From Thalia democratica (lineage: Eukaryota): a stretch of DNA of 64,000 nucleotides. Shown in pieces: positions 37,833-49,700 of this stretch (position 1 is the stretch's first letter; the number at the start of each line of letters is the position of its first letter). The position numbers and the translations under genes are program-made. The notes below the pieces were generated by a model that did not search any database, was not told the origin of the DNA, and saw only the letters and a program-made list of their open reading frames with translations. The stretch covers positions 61,380,001-61,444,000 of the forward strand of contig OZ241832.1 in assembly GCA_965202585.1 (NCBI GenBank). The letters run 5' to 3'.

Positions 37833-38165
37833 TGGGTCTATTTTTAGTTTAAAGTTAAATTTAAGGTAGAAAACTTTGTTAAATAGTATAAAAAAATTGA
37901 AAAGGTACTCAAAAGCTACTTTAAAAATGTTTTTTAATAAAAAAAAGTTTGATGATGAGAAAATGTTTTTACTTATATAATAAATATTTTATTCAAACCG
38001 AAATTTTACTACTAAACATGTAAAAATTGTTAAAATTCCGGCTTTTTTAGTGATTTTTGTTAAAAATTTTCCAGGTTTTTTCCAAAATTTCCCAATTTCC
38101 ACGTTTTTTCAATTTTTTTGCCTAGAATGTCAAATTCCAGGATTCCAGGTAAAATTGCTACCCTG
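37833..38165. mobile_element. Left-truncated copy of the hAT-like MITE at 31539-31915
   Basis: 37833-37950 aligns with 31615-31735, and the copy ends in ATTGCTACCCTG. Confidence 0.75.
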
Positions 38166-40954
38166 TACAGTAGCATTATATTAGTTTTAGAAACTTTGTA
38201 GAATAAATCAGATGAAATGTTACAAAATTTACAAAACACTATGAACTGTTTGCAAGTATTTTATGATGTGTATTTGCAAAAAAAAATTAATTAAATTTGC
38301 ATTTAAAATTAATAAAACCTTTTTTTGAATAATATTAATTTTAATAAAGAAAATTATATATTACAGTTAAAACTAATATACTAGTAATTTGTTAATCTTT
38401 TACCAAAAAGTTTTTGAAATATAATCAATTAATCTTAAAAGTTGTAAATTGAATCAAAATTTTACTTATTTAAAATTATTAAAAAAAATTTTTTGTATAT
38501 TTTCAGAAAATTACTGTAAAAAATAAACAAGTTATAAACGACTTAAATTTAACACGCAACAAAATAAAACACTTTTAAGCTTCAAAACTTAATATTGCTA
38601 CAAAGTAAATATTCCCAAGTATAAAAAAATTAACTCTTTCAATTGACTGAAAATGTAAGTTTTATTTTAATAAACTCCCCATCTGCCTTAATTTAAATTG
38701 GATTTTTTTATATGAAAACATCAAATTTCTTCAGTTTTTGACTTTTGATAAGTTTTGTAAATAATTTAAACCAATAGAGACTTAAATATCTAATTTCAAC
38801 AGCCAACAATTAAAAAGAGTAGATAAATAATTTCGCTTGTTTTTTGGGTATATTTTTTACATTTATCAATACCAGGTACAGTAAACAATTTTACAACACT
38901 TCAAAGTATTAAAAAAACTTTTAAATAAAATATAAATTTTAAACTATTAGTTAAATAAATATAACTAGTTAAAATACTTTTATTGTTTCTAAGGTTTTAT
39001 GACCGAGCAGATAAAGTGAGATGGCAAGTTAACAGTGAATTATAAAAATCAAAGTTAGAAAAACTAAAAATAAATCAAAAACTGATATAAAAATATCATA
39101 GTAAAACACTTGTGGTAATCTGCTTTGGTTTAACCCAAATTTTAGTTGTTAAACAATAAAATTATAAATAAAAGTTTGCTTGACAAATTTTTGTATTCCA
39201 CAATTAAAACTTAATAGTATACATATTTGTACTAACTATTTCTATTGATGACTTTATGCAAGTTAATAAAATTTTCATATACATCTAAAGCTAAGCTGTG
39301 ACTAATATCAAAAGATCTGATACACTAGGCCGCATCTGTAGTTTGAAGTATTTTCAACTAATTCCCAGAGTAGCAATAGCACATTAAAAAACTTATACTT
39401 TGTTTTTTCACTAATTTGGTTTGATTTTTTCACAGGATAATGTTGTTATACTATTGAAGCACTGAAAAGTAATAAAGTAATAATCTATTAATAAGCTAGA
39501 GTAATTAAAGCAATTTGTTGGGTCGGATTTTAAATTAAAGGTATTTCCCCTAATATTTGCTGAGTCAGCAACTTTTTAAAAATCTTTTTTCAATTACTTT
39601 TATTTATACCCTTAACTTTAACCTACCTTACCCAAACATATTAAAAACTAGTTATAAATAAAACTTTAATAATTTTTTTAAGCTAATTCGCAAATATTGG
39701 GGAAACACCTAGAATTTTAATAAAACTACAATTTGGTTTTACAAAATTTTTTATTTTTTGGTTGCTAAAATTCCAAAAAAAAAAACTTATGACTACTCAA
39801 TAGACGTTTGTTTATTTTTGTTTTCGTTCTTTTTTACTTACAATGCCATGCTTGAGTAAACGTATGGCGATCAGCTTGGAGAAACTTGGCTACAATATTT
39901 TGAGCTCTATAGTTAAAAAATAAAAACTTTGGATCAGGGAACGAACGTCCAAACTTTTTATCAGCTTTTTAAAATATTTGTGTTCAACTTTCATTTTACT
40001 GAAATGAATTTAATAGACTACAGTAAAAAGGTATACCACATTATTAAAGTTAGCTTGCAGTTATACAAGTGTACATATGTTATTATAATTTTACAAAATA
40101 CAGAAAGTACAACAACAATAATTATTATTAAAACTTTTCAGCCACATAATTTTTGAGTTTTTTTTATTAATGTACCCACAGGTGACAATAGACTGCAAAC
40201 CAACACAGACACATCATTTAATAACTAATTTAAAAGTATATTGATCTCTTAAGATAAAATATTATTTGCTACGCGTGTACCGTTTTGCATTTATTTAAGT
40301 TTCGTTTAAAAAAAATAACATCAAGTCAGTAAATGTATAACAACTGTTTTTAAGCAATTTTCTTTACTTAAAAACAAAACTTTGCCAAAATCAAGGTTTA
40401 TTTAATTGTTAGGAGCAAATACTAAACAAAACTTAAACTTAATCGTAATTTTGCATATTTTTTGTTCAAAAGTAATACAAAAATGTTATAAAATTGTTTT
40501 TAATTCTGTGTTTTAAAAAAAACGATAAAAAAAAGTACTCGAAAAGTTCAATTTTGCAATTTTTTAGTTGGTAATCAGTTGTAAAATGAGAATAGAAAAT
40601 TATTTGTTTGCCTCAAATTAAAATTTATGTTTTTTATCATATAAAAAAGCTAACATGGTAATCCACACCACGTTAAAGTTCTAAAATAATAGCTAGTTTT
40701 GTCGTTGGTTTGTCTTTCAAAGCTAGTTTAAAATAATTTTATGAAATTACCTACTTTTATTTCAACAAAAACAGTTTTTTCAACGTGCATTTTTTGTTTT
40801 GAATATAAAAACTTTTATTAAGTAATTAAAATTAAACTTAACAAAACCTTTTACCTTTTTTAAATTTTCTTTAAGAAACAATAAAACCGAAAAATTCAAA
40901 ACATACATTAAAAAATTTTTATGTTGTTTTGATATATAAATCAGTTGATACAAG

Positions 40955-43900
40955 TTAGAAAAGTTTTTTCTCCATAAATAATTCGTCTAGGTCAATATTC
41001 TTTGAAAAAGTTTCGATTTGATCTTTTAGTATTGGGCAAATCTGTTTATAAAAATATGGAAATTGGTAAATAATTTAATTTACTGTATTGAGTTCTATAT
41101 TTTTAAAATGTTTTAGAGTAGTTTTAAAGCAAATTTGAAATCTTGTTAGCATTAGAACTAATGCTTTAAACATTTTAAGAATAAATCAAAATTATTTTAA
41201 AACAAAATTTACACATGATTTTCTTACATAACTATTTTGTAGGTTTACAATTAGTTTACAAAATCAATTTTATAATTTAGTAATCGATTGAAGAAACTTT
41301 TTTAGACTAGTGCTAACAATCACTGTGTACAAGGTGTTTAACAAAAACTACAATTAGCATAGTTTGTTCCTTGCAAATAAATCTATGTCAAAAACTTTAT
41401 GATATGAAAATTCCAACAATGATAAAAAGAAAATAGTCGTATGAAATAAAAAGTTTAAAGTTAAAAAAAAGTTAAAAAGTTATGTTTAATGCATAACAAC
41501 AGAACGATATGAATTTTTAATTTTGCCAAAGACTATAAAATAAATTAAGATCATATGTTTAATCGTACTAACGGCCACAGAAATTTATCATGACAACTAC
41601 TAAAACAAAAAAATTAATAAGTTAATTCTATTTATAAAGTAAGGAAAATAATATGCGTGTAAATCTAATATAAACTAAACTTTCGTAGGCAAGCCAAGTG
41701 ATTTTTAGTAATATTATATATAACTGTATTAAAAAGACTCAAACTTACTTGATCTGAAATGTATTCCGTGATAGTTTCACTGAATATAAACTTTGCAGCA
41801 TCAAACACTAATGCGAGTAATTTTCCAAACCAATCTTTACCGGTCAGTTCAATATCAACTTTTTCTACTGATGCCAGGCACTTTGTTGGTGATATCTGTT
41901 TGTTAATAAAAGTTAAAATTAAGCAGTAACTAATTTTAAATTAGTTGAATTTTCATATACGTTGAGTTTGTAATGTCTGTATTAAATAAAAACAAAAATA
42001 ACCTTCAACTCTGATTTGTCCACAATATCAACTTTTGCTGATTGAGAAATTTTCAGATCTTCCATTCTCATTTTCACACTGAATTCTGCGTCAAACGTCT
42101 TTTTTATGAACCAAAATCTGTTAACTTAGATAATAGTAACTTAGATAAGTAGAATGCATAACTTCAAATAGTTTTATTGTAAAACTTATCTTAAATACAT
42201 TAACTTACGGCAGAAGTTTACAAAACAGAATAAAAAAAATTTTTGTTAGTATTTTTAGGTTTGTTTTGTGGTTTACGAGGTAATTCTATTTAATTTACAT
42301 ATAAGAAAACTTTTAATTGTTTATATCAACAAAACTGACAAAGAGTAATTCTAATTGTTTTGTGTTTTGTTTGTTATTTGCCACCAACTTGTAAGTTCAT
42401 TAAATAAAGAATGAAAGCTTGTATAATAATATTCAGTATCAAATGTACCATATAATTAAAATCTGAAATAGTTTTTATTTTTTGGTATCACATTTACAAA
42501 AAAACAACTATTTTTGTTTGTAAAATGTATTTTCATTGTTCGTTTTTGTATTTAAAAATTTCGATAAAATAAAACTCCTCGCCTAATGCGGTTCAATTTA
42601 AAAACTCTTTAGCTTTGTGGTTAAAAACTGTTATGTGTCTTTGGTAAAACAAGTTCTATGTAGGGGTCTTCAAAAGCGAGTGATATTGGTCTTTGGAATG
42701 TTAGAAAACATTAAGAGCATGAGGCGAAACAGTTTAAGTAGCTAGTAAAGCGGTTATTTTTCAAACACCTGTCAAGTTTGCGATTGTTTAGTTTGGAGAA
42801 CGCTGTTCTAAATAGAGTAAGGTTTAAATTGAGCATTAAATTTGTTTTAAAAACAGTTCTCTCTAAACAGCAAAAAGTTAAATAATAGTTTAAAAGTTTT
42901 CCGAACTATAAAGAAAGCTTAAAAAACAAAGATTGGTTTGTTTAAAAAATATCTTAAAACACTTTAAAACTGTTTTTTGTTTTGAATTTTCTTTGAAAAG
43001 TTTAAAAACTCAACATAAAAAAAACTAAACATTTCAAAAGTTTTCCAAATTTTGAAATCAGCTTACGCACTGAAATCAACACCGTTCATTTTATAAAATA
43101 ACCTAAACATTTTTTAGTAAAATAAATAACATTAAACTAAACAGTTTAAAAGTTTTCCATATTTTGAAACCAGCTTGCGCACTGAAATCAACACCCTTCA
43201 TTTTATAAAATAACCGAAAAATTTTTTAGTAAAATATATAACATCAAACTAAACAATTTAAAAGTTTTCCAAATCTTGAAATCAGCCTGCGCACTGAAAT
43301 CAACACCGTTCATCTCTCCTTCCAAGATCATGTCTTCCGCATCCAAATCACTCATGTCAATCTCACGAGCGCTGAAGTCCAGTATTTTGATGCTGTTGTT
43401 TTTTAAATAAAATTGAAATTTCACAACTATATTTAAAATTAATCAATATTGTCTACTTCAAATTGAAATAATTTGCGGTTTAAAAAGATTTAGAATTTTA
43501 CAAATACATATTAATTTTGTATTATCTTTCAAACTTATCTTGAATTATAGTTTTTTAAATATTTGATTTAACTTATCTGAAACAATGTAACAAAACTAAC
43601 CTACTTAAAGTCAATCAATGTCGTCTTTTTTAGACTAAAAAACTATTACAAGTAAAAAACTTTTTTGTGTTTAATTGTGAACCATCTCAATATTTTGATA
43701 CTGTAATTGGTGTTTACAGCTTTAAATTTAAATTTTTTGCTCGTTGATATTTTGTTACTTATAAGGTAAAACTATTATTTAACAAGTTTTACATTTTTTA
43801 CGTATTGATTTGTTACTTTAATAAATTAAAAAGTAAGAAAAAATAAAACAGTTGCATTATTAGTTGTAGACTTGATCATTATGGTGTTTTTTTAAACAAG

Positions 43901-44294
43901 GAAAACTTGATATAGGCATTAAAGTTAATTTAATCTAATTTTTTCAAGACGAAACTTCAAGTAAAACCTACAATAATTAGGTTAGCAGTGATACATTGTT
44001 AAAGATAATCTAAGTTAAAGAATGAAAACATTTCTAATTTAAGATAAGCTTTAGAGATAAACTTTTTAAGAACAATAGATTCTCGCAGTAATAAATAAAC
44101 AAACAAATTATTATTGATACATATAGTTTTTTACAAATAATTTATTAAAAAATATAGCCTATCATTTTGAACAAATGAACAGCTGTCAAACTGAACATTA
44201 TAAAACAAATCAAACTTAGAAATACGAAAATTATCGCTTTCAATATCTTCGATTTTTAAACTTTTGATTTTTGCAGATAAATCTCCTCCATCAC
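40955..44294 (-). CDS. Single-domain BPI/LBP/CETP-like (TULIP) lipid-binding protein; 5' exon(s) not resolved
   Basis: Exons 44216-44294, 43255-43392, 42003-42117, 41749-41895 and 40955-41041 join in phase. Translation: GDGGDLSAKIKSLKIEDIESDNFRISNIKILDFSAREIDMSDLDAEDMILEGEMNGVDFSAQADFKIWKTFKLFWFIKKTFDAEFSVKMRMEDLKISQSAKVDIVDKSELKISPTKCLASVEKVDIELTGKDWFGKLLALVFDAAKFIFSETITEYISDQICPILKDQIETFSKNIDLDELFMEKKLF*. The pattern (FRISNIKI, cysteine pair TKC ... QIC, W-F-x-x-L-L helix) resembles the BPI N-terminal domain. The family call is recognition by eye, not a database hit. Confidence 0.75.
43020..43254. repeat. Two tandem copies (period about 114 bp) of a BPI-like exon 3' end plus donor
   Basis: AAAAGTTTTCCA...GCGCACTGAAATCAACACCGTTCAT occurs three times, and the third occurrence is the real exon. 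Confidence 0.92.
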
Positions 44295-46719
44295 CTGTTT
44301 GTATGACTTTTATAAAACTTCCAATAAACGAGAAGAAAATTGTGTTACAATATACAATTTAACTAATACAATTTTTTTCAACTGCTCTTTGTAAGAATAA
44401 GCTTCACCAAACAGTACTGTTACTAACTTAAGTTTTAAGATTTGTACAAAATATTTTTTCACTAGAAAATATTATTTATTGACTAGAAATTCACTAAAGT
44501 CTATTAATGCACCTTGACCGCAACAAGTGCTTGCGAACAAAATAAACAAAAATAATAGTTTCATATTGACCAGTTCAGTGTACAACAACTAGATTACTGT
44601 AATGCATTCAGTGAAATTTAACACAAGCTTAACTAGCCTGAAGCAAATTATATGAATGAGATATTATTCGCGGTTAATGTTTAAGATAATTGTGGTTTTT
44701 GCTAGTAAGCGCTTATTGTTAAGTTTAACTAAGCTGTTAATTAAGATTTTCTTTGTAAAAACTACTTTAATTATTTAGATAAAGAGATTTGATAAACAGA
44801 TGTAAACATTAGCTTTTAAACGGTTAAATAAATTTATGATTTAAAGTACTTTTGTAGCTACGATTCTTTGTATAGCTCCAAATAGTTAAAAAAAATGAGT
44901 GGTGTACCGAAACGTTTTTTTGTACTTGAGGTATTTTGACCATCGTCGATTTCTTTATCGTGATTAATAAACCGTATTGATATAAATTAAAAACTCAATA
45001 GAGAATAACTATAAGGTTTATTATTCTTTTAAGTATATCTAACAAGATTATTTGGAAGAGTAAAACTAGTTGCAAAACATAATAAAAGAAATTGAAAATA
45101 TTGACTAATGTAAAACTTATGCAGGAAAGTTTTTATAAGTAAACACAGTACCTAATGTAAGTATTTCTACAATTTAAGTGCGTATGCACTTTATACTTTT
45201 TTATTTATCTTATTTTAATAAGCTTTAGTGAAACAAAATTTATGTTTGTTTCTTTTAAGTAGTAGTTTTGTTTTAGCACTAAAACGTTTAAGTTATTTAT
45301 AAAAAGATTGCTGAATACTATAAATGAGCTAATCTTTATTTCCAGAAAGAATTGTTGACTAATAAGCAATTCTCTGTTTGTACTAATATTGTTACAAACT
45401 AGTTTGGTAAAAAATACTAAAGCTTTTTAATTGTACCACAAAAAATAACAGTCAAGACATAGTTTAATGTTTTTGTTAGATTAAGTGTTATACAAAATAG
45501 TTATACAACGTTAATTCAAATGAGAGACTTTTAAAACTATTTAAAAACACAACCAATTTTTTTTAGTTAGAATTATAAACATAAATAAAAGTATAAAAAA
45601 AAAAAAACTTTACTACATTAATATTGTTTTGTACCAGATTTTTTAAAATTTTGTTTGCTTTTTTTTTTGTTAATAAAATTCTACATAAAATATTTAAAAT
45701 GGTCTAATAAAGTTCATGTTAAAAAATAAGTTTTACAGTTTGTATGAAAAACTTCAAATATAATTGTAACAAAGTTTAAAAGAAGTAAAGAATATCACCA
45801 TAGAGCTTAATTTATAGAAATTGAAATAATAGGTTAGCAGCAAAAATACTTAAAAGTAATTACGTAGAATAAAATAAACAGTAACCAAGCTAATAAATGC
45901 ATAAGAAATACTGTTTTGCGTATAAAAAATGTTAAGACTTAGTAAAACAAGTTATAGCAATAAAATAAACGAAAAGTAAAGTTAAGCTCGAAGTAAACAT
46001 ACTTTCAAAAAGTTTTGATTTAAATTAAAATACAGTAATTTAATAAATTGAAGCTCATAAAAAATTAGCAAACTTGCCTAACGTAGAATTAAACAAAACA
46101 AAAAAAAAGTATAAATAAAGCTCGAGTTGCATGAATATTAATTTAAAAATTAATTTTAGTTCAAGATAGCGGCTTAATATTTAGTTGTAGTAATTTTATT
46201 CTTAAAAGTTTATACTATTTTGAAATAGAATTAGATTTTTTTTTTACTTATTTAATAAAAGCAATAAATATTGAAGAAATAAGTACAGCATTCAAAAATT
46301 AGACAAAAATAATATATAACCACAAATGGTTTGAAGTTCTACATTCAACATAAACAGCTACCTAAAATAAGGAAATATTAAGGTTATTATTTTTTTCATA
46401 CCTTATTAGACTTAAAAAATTATGTTTCAATCACTTAAACAAAGTTTTATTTAACTAGCTTTATGTCGAATCAAAACAATTAGTTTGCTTTTATTTATTT
46501 ATTTATATGTTATAAAAGAGTGTGCTGTATTTTTTGGTGTTGAAAAAAGATATAAAAGCTATTTTATTACAATAACCAAAAATATATTATATGGGATAAA
46601 AGAAAGTTTTAGTTAAAAAACTCAAGTAAAAATTGAAGAAGTTTAATATTTTGCTAGAAGAAAATCTCGCAAAACAGGACCTGCTTCTTAAACATTTAGG
46701 GAATTTCCCAAGTTTGAAA

Positions 46720-49700
46720 TTAGTTGTCATCGAAATCATTCATAAGCTCCATTTTGTCTTTGTTGACGATTTTCGAGTTACAGTTGTTGGTGTTGTTAGT
46801 TAACTCGTAGTTGGTCTGTTATTTTGTTTATTTTTGTAAGATAATCTTTTTTCAATAATTTTATTTTTACCAAAACTTTAGTTGTTGGCGAACATTTTTT
46901 ATGAAACAATTTTTTGTTTTAAAAACTTTGATGAAATAAAACTTGCGGCTAATAGGTAATCAACAAGGTTTTTTTACAAAAGATCTTTAAACGACAAAAT
47001 AAAGTAACTGAAAATAAGTAAAGTTCTATGTTCTTATTACAAAAATGCTTACTATTCTTAATTTTAGTAAACCATAAGATTGTTAAAAATTAGTTAGTAA
47101 AACATACTACACTTTACACAAAAAACTTTGTAAAAACTAATATTAAAAAAAAAAATAATTACTAAACTTGTTCTAACTGTATCAACTGCGTTAGTTTAAC
47201 TCCGATTCTGTTGTCTTGCTTTTTTTTCTGACTAACTAATTGAATTCTACTTATTTTGGCTTTACTTTTTCCTTTCAACTCAACTTTTTTCTTTTGCTAC
47301 ACAATTAAAAACAGTATATTTTTTTATTAAATCGAAGTTAAACTGTTTTTTTTTTAGTTTCATAAACTACTACTATATATAAAATAAGGTTTGAAACTGT
47401 ATTTGATTTTTGAATAGAAACTAAACTAGTTTCTGCTAATTTCTACCTACATAAAAAGCGTTAAAAACTTATGTACTATTGTTTGTTATGTTTTATAAAC
47501 TAATATAAATACTTTTTAAACAACCACTTAAACATTTTAGATAAACTTAGATTAGATTCTAAAAATTTCAAGTTCTTGATTAGAAATATTTCTTTGCTTA
47601 TTTCTTTCGTATTTAAAACTCAAAACTTTATTATAATTTATTTTACATAAATAGTTTCATATAATTTCCATTAAACCTTTTACATGCAAATGGTTTATTC
47701 TATATTATCTTATACAATTTTTTTACAGCGATTTTAACAAATATAATTCAAATAAAACATCAAAAGTGGTAACATAAAATAAAAAATATATTCTAATGTC
47801 TACCGGTTTTAAAATTGAGCCAACATTTCATTATTAATACTTAAACTATAACACTGCTAAACTACTACTAAACAAAAGTTTTTTTCAGGTAAATTACCTT
47901 TTGTTAAAATATCATAAAACTAATTGAAAGATACAAATGAGCTTAAACTAGTCACTGCTTTATTTAGCTTATTATTAATGTTGTATGCGCTATTAACTGA
48001 TACTCAAGAGCTGTTAGAGCTATTATTTAAAACTCATATAAAAAAAAAACGAATAATTTCATTTAAGGGAAATAACCTTTTTGCTGGCTTGCTGCCGCTT
48101 GAGGTCGCACTTCATGCAAACGGTCATAATACTTCCTACTACCAGGGCAACAATCATGAACATGTTTGCAGTGAGTACCGAACTATAGATGAGACTTCCG
48201 ACTATTGACGTGAATGCTATTCCGAATACCTGTTGTTTTGTTATTACTGTTACTACTAATTATTTATAAAATATTTAAATAATTGCTTTATATACTTATA
48301 ATGTAATTCTACATACATGTTGTTACTTTATTTATTATCCCAATTACTCCTAATATCATATTTTAATAACGATTTAGTTTAATTTAAAGTTTATAAGAAC
48401 ATCTGTTGTTGTTAACATTAACTGTTAAAGACATATTTCAACGATGATATCGCTGATTTTGTTATACAAGTTTGATACCAAAAATGAACTATGTATAAGC
48501 TTATACTTTTCAACAACATATTTACCAAAATATTTGATAGTTTTTATTAATGCTTAAAATAAGCTATTTCGTTTTGGTTTGTAACCTATATGTTAAACTG
48601 TCAACAAAACTTTGTTGTCCTTTGCAATAGACTTTTGGAAAAATAAAACTTACATCAGTCTGCACTTAAAAAAGTACCCGTTAGATGTGTAGAAAGTAAT
48701 AAATTTAAGTAAATACTATACTCAGTCGGTAAAGTTTTAGTTATTATTAAAAAGTTAAAAGTATTAACTACCTGAGCGGAAACATTTAGAAGTCCTGACG
48801 ACGTAGCTTCAGATATCGGGTAAGTTATTTCGGCGCCAACTTCGAAACCAATAGGTAAATACCCAGTCATGAAAAACCTGATAGTTTATAACAAGTTAAA
48901 GGTAAGTTGTTTAAATAATGAAAATGTAAAAATGTTAGAAATTAAATAAAAAAATAGTTTATTTATTATAATTTTTTAAATTTTTATAACAAAGTTATAT
49001 TATAGTTGTTTTTTAATACTTAAAGTTTTAGAAATTGATTATTGTAATAAATAAACTTTGGCACTAGTAAACAGTAAATTAAATCAAAAAAAAAAACTTG
49101 AAATACTGAAAAAATTTATACCAAATACCAGTTTTTCAATTAAAAGTTTTAAGTTCCGTTGAATTACAAGCTAACAAAGTTATTTATAAGATTATAAACT
49201 CAAATAATTATTTTACTGTCACCCGAGATATTTGTTTTATTTTAATATTAAGTTTTATCAGTAGTTGTAAATGATTTTAAGCAAGTTAAAATGTTATTTG
49301 TAAAGCTAAAGGTATAACTTAAGTAAAAACAAAATTTACTTTTTTCTTATATAATTCAAAAAAATTAAAAATACATTTTAACTTTTGTATACAAGTTAGC
49401 TTTTTATATCAAAAACTCAATAGTGAAAAAATAAACAAATGATTAATTTATAAGTTTCAATTTAATAGATGCTTTCCTTAATTGAATCAAACATTACTTC
49501 GAGAAAAGTTTTGTTTATATAGATACTTTGAGCACGAGAACAGTTTTAACTATACTTATTTAATCAATCTCATTTGCATATTATATTTTATGCAAATATT
49601 TTAATGCAGTTTAAAAATAGATTAAATGGATATATATGTTTAAACTACATCTATTTACTCCTTTGTTTGGTTTAAAACCAAAGTTAGTTTTCATTAAAAA

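Noticed and set aside
38880-39906. Exon-like pieces at 39842-39906 (minus) and 38884-39045 (plus, FYDRADKVRWQVNSEL*)
   Set aside because: They could not be linked into a gene or assigned to a family.
47924-48208. Plus-strand ORFs at 47924, 15526, 17745, 28399 and 62475
   Set aside because: They are antisense shadows of real minus-strand exons.
48655-48771. Read-through of FLVCR exon 11 giving ...[16 protein letters not shown], vaguely like a last transmembrane helix
   Set aside because: Similarity to exon 12 is too weak to separate from chance, and a proper downstream exon exists.
49570-49600. Inverted octamer pair ATTTGCAT...ATGCAAAT as a POU site
   Set aside because: The motif is AT-rich and plausible by chance at this base composition, with no supporting context.
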